Shown in pieces: positions 60,451 through 64,000 of a DNA stretch of 64,000 nt. The position numbers were made by a program, and so were the translations under genes. Source of the stretch: an uncultured delta proteobacterium (GTDB taxonomy: Bacteria > Desulfobacterota > RBG-13-43-22); the NCBI GenBank assembly GCA_963843145.1, contig CAWJJC010000017.1, positions 171,594-235,593 of the forward strand. The letters run 5' to 3'. Below the pieces are notes generated by a model. That model worked only from the letters and a program-made list of their open reading frames with translations. It was not told the origin of the DNA and searched no databases. Each line of letters begins with the position of its first letter. Position 1 is the first letter of the stretch.

Positions 60451-63400
60451 GTGATGAACAAAATGGATTCGATAACCACCTTCGACTCAAGCTATAAGTT
60501 TATCGAGCTCCACAGGGCCTTCCATGAGCTGTCGAAACATAACATAGAAAACGACGACGTAGATATCAGCCGGGCATTCCATTTTAGCGAGCACCTCCGC
60601 TGGCCTAACCTCATCAAAGAGTACCGCCTGATCATTTTATCCGAGGCCGGCTCGGGCAAAACTGCCGAAATCCGCAACGTCACACGCACGCTTAGGGAGC
60701 AGGGAAAGCCTGCATTTTTTCTTCGGCTGGAACATATCCCCAGAGATTTCGAGGATGCCTTTGAGGTGGGAACCTGCGAGGTCTTTGAAGAATGGCTATC
60801 GTCCGGAGAGGAGGGATGGCTTCTCCTGGACTCGGTGGATGAAGCGCGTCTCCGAAATCCCGGTGACTTTGAACTAGCGATCCGCAAGCTGAGCAGGCGG
60901 ATCAGTAGCCAAAGAACGAACGCATATCGTCATAACCGGTCGAACGACAGCATGGCGGCCCAAGACGGATCTTGCCTATTGTACTGCTCATCTGCCTTAT
61001 GCGGCGGTTGCTACATCGGAACGTGATCCGCAGGCTGAGGATAGTGGCCCTCAAGGAAGCTTGCAGATCGAAACCGAAACGCAGGGCGATGCCCAATCGG
61101 TTTTCAAGATCGTTGCGCTCGATGATCTCACGTCTGATCAGATTGCTGTGTTCGTCAAAGCCCGAGGAATCGAGGACAGCAAAGCTTTCCTCGACGCTGT
61201 GGAACGCGCAGACGCCTGGTCGTTCACATCGCGCCCTCAGGACCTGGAGGAGCTTACCGAATTCTGGATCGACAAAGATCGGATTGGAACCCGCCTTGAG
61301 CTCATGCGAAACAGCATCGTCCGAAGGCTGGCGGAGCGTGATCAAGATCGCGCCGATGCCCGCCCACTTTCGGCAGAGCGCGCCCGTCAGGGATCAAGGC
61401 TCCTGGCGGCAGCCGCTACGTTGGCTCAGGACCCGACAATCATGGTTCCCGATGGAGTGGAGAACTCCAAAGGGATCGCCGTCAATCCGTGCTTCCCGAT
61501 TGGGACGATAAGGATCAGTCAACTTTGCTTTCGCGACCCATATTCGACGAGGCGATTTATGGCGCGGTACGCTTCCACCATCGCTCAGTACGGGAGTACC
61601 TAACCGCCGAGTGGTTCGCCGAACTCTTCAAGCGTCAAACATCACGCCGAACCATCGAATCGCTATTCTTTCGCAAGCAGTACGGGTTGGATATTGTTGT
61701 ACCTACGTTGCGTCCGATCTTACCATGGTTGGCAATTCTGGATGAGAAGATCAGGGAGCGTGTCCGCAAAATCGCCCCTGAGATTATTTTTGAAGGTGGC
61801 GACCCTAGCCAGTTGCCTATTGAGGATCGTCGCTATATCCTGCGCGAAGTTTGTGAACAAATGGCGGACGGTGCAACTGGCCGCTCGATGCGCGACTACG
61901 CGGCGGTCCAGCGTTTCGCAAACCCTGACCTGACCGATGAAGTTCGCGCGTTGATCCAACAGTATGCGGACAATGAAGATCTGGCGGCATTCCTGCTCCG
62001 AATGGTATGGCTCGGGCAGCTTTCCGATGCACTTCCCGAAGCCATGGGCGTTGCGCTAACGCCAGATGCTGAACAGTACTCCCGCATAACGGCTTTCAGG
62101 GCCATCAAGGCGATTGGTTCCAATGAGGATCAAGAACATGTCCGTCAGAGCTTTCTGGCCGAGGCATCTGAACTTAAGCGTGAGTGGCTTGCGGAACTTC
62201 TTGAGGGTGTACAGCCGACAGAACAGACCTTCGTTTGGCTTTTCGCGTGTTTGGAAAAGAGCGAACCTAAAGAGCCCAATACCGTTGATCATCTAAGGGA
62301 CGGCGTAAAGGAATTTGTTGGCACCGCTGACATTGATCTGCTTCCGCAGCTTATTACCGGCTTGAACACGCTTCTTAGCCTTCAGCCGATAATAGAACAC
62401 CGGTATTGCGAAGTATCTGATAAATTTCAGTGGTTGATCGCGCCGGCATCCAGAGCTGTCGAGCGACTGGTCTTGGCTCGTCATCCCGCATCGCTCGAAA
62501 CAGATGCGCTTGCAACCCTGCACAAATTATCAGCTATGCGTAGATACGGGAGGGATGAACTCACCGAAGTCAAGGACGAATTCTCAAAGCTCGTTCCTGC
62601 ATGGAAGGAACTGAACCGGGCATTGTTCTGGTTTGAAGTACAAAGGGCGAGGGAGACCGTTGACAAGAAGCGTGGAGAGCGGCTGACCGACTTCTGGCGG
62701 GCCTCGTTTTTCGGATCGTTTTGGCGGTTCGAAGAAGGCGATTTTGAGTATGTTGCTGAGGAGATTTCTCGCCAAACGCTTCTGGACGACAGATTGGTCG
62801 CCCTGTCGCTGGCCTTCAATATCTACAGAGCGGCTAATCGGCCTCGCGCATGGCGTGAGCAACTGAAGAAGTTGGTCGCAGGTAACGATGAACTGTCTGA
62901 GAGCCTTGCCACCTATCTGAGGCCGTCCGCTCAAAATCGGGATTTATACCGTCGGAAGCAGCAGGAAGCCAAATGGAAAAGGCGCGACGAAGAGAATCGA
63001 AAGAAACAAGAGAACTACCTTACGGACTGGAAGAAATATTTCAACGACAATCTTGAAAAGGCCCGAGCGGCGCTTCACGAAAAGCCTGGGACTATCACAA
63101 ACGTCTTGATCTATCTCTATGATCGGACTCGGGCCAATAAGAAAACAACGGGGCGATGGACCCAGTATAACTGGAAATCTCTGATACCGGAGTACGGCGA
63201 GGAAGTCGCTCGTTTCTATAGGGATAGCACAGTTTCATTTTGGCGATATCATAAGCCAAAATTGCGGTCGGAAGGTGCTCCATTCAACCAAACGAGCTAT
63301 GCGGTTATCATCGGGCTCACAGGCCTTGAGATCGAGGCCATTGAAACCAGAAACTGGCCGAAGAATCTGAGCGCTGCGGAAGTCGAACTCGCATGCAAAT

Positions 63401-64000
63401 ACGCGTCCTTTGAACTGAACGGCTTTCCCACCTGGTTCCCTAAGCTTTTTGAGACGTACCCGAAAATTGTATCAAGTTTTCATGCGAGAAGTCCTGTATG
63501 AGCTGTCGATAGACAAGCCAGAGACAGAAACAAACTACGTCATAAGCGACGTGAGCTGGTCAGGCCAGTGGGCTTGGGATCACATTGCGCCTAAGATCTT
63601 CGAGCTCCTGAAGGCAACAAAGCCGAAGACCTATACCAACCTGGATGAGCTGCTGAAGATTCTTCAGGGATCAACCTTTCCGGATGACCTGATTGAAGAG
63701 CTGGCGTCCCAAAAAAGCCACGTTCTAAAGAAGTTGGATCATTTGGCTCGCTGGTTTGCCGTATGGACCGGTGTCTTGCTCCCGAAGCCGCAATTGGATC
63801 TCTAAAAGCCCGAATTGGAAAGATAGCTGACCCGAAGAAGCGAACTTTGTTCGCGATGACCTTCGTGACCCATCTTTTGGGTGGTCGCAGAGATGACGGG
63901 TCTGCTGCGTGCGAAGCCTTCAAAAAGCCGGAGTACCTAAAGTCGTTATATCTGCTAATGCACGAGCACATCCGGCGCGAAGAAGACATCAACCGTTCCG
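60451..64000 (+). CDS. Large STAND/NACHT-like NTPase (>1150 aa, several frameshifts, runs off window)
   Basis: Walker A SEAGSGKT, Walker B LLLDSVDEAR, ITGR..AW, RPQDL, RFHHRSVREYL, then a long helical region. Confidence 0.75.

Overview
GC-rich bacterial chromosomal segment, most consistent with a Desulfobacterota (deltaproteobacterial) anaerobe, judged from the tmRNA tag ADDYNYALAA, the smpB-ptsI-ptsH-rsmI-yraN-rnhB-rplS-trmD-rimM-khpA-rpsP-ffh block and the Fe-S/Mo enzyme content. At 1-4850, accessory DNA at the tmRNA 3' end holds a type I RM system, an XRE regulator and an integrase-less mini-island. The island carries a three-gene operon (DUF3467-like gene, HicB-like antitoxin with a long N-terminal extension, HicA-like toxin), which is the best candidate for an undescribed system. 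At 4.8-13.6 kb there are core genes plus tRNA-Lys and tRNA-Glu. At 13.6-42.4 kb there are metabolic genes (Moco synthesis, acyl-CoA and redox enzymes, ABC exporter, ampG) with many palindromic and miniature repeat elements between them. The accessory region at 42.4-64 kb is punctuated by three copies of the ampG 3' end and contains mazEF, Mo-oxidoreductases, a four-layer nested mobile element (repeat > TIR cassette with GIY-YIG > REP > two-gene IS), a tRNA-Cys-like relic in a TetR leader, TA and transposase relics, and a large STAND/NACHT-like ATPase. Many genes carry single-base frameshifts, probably long-read assembly errors. All family assignments come from reading motifs by eye; no database searches were run.
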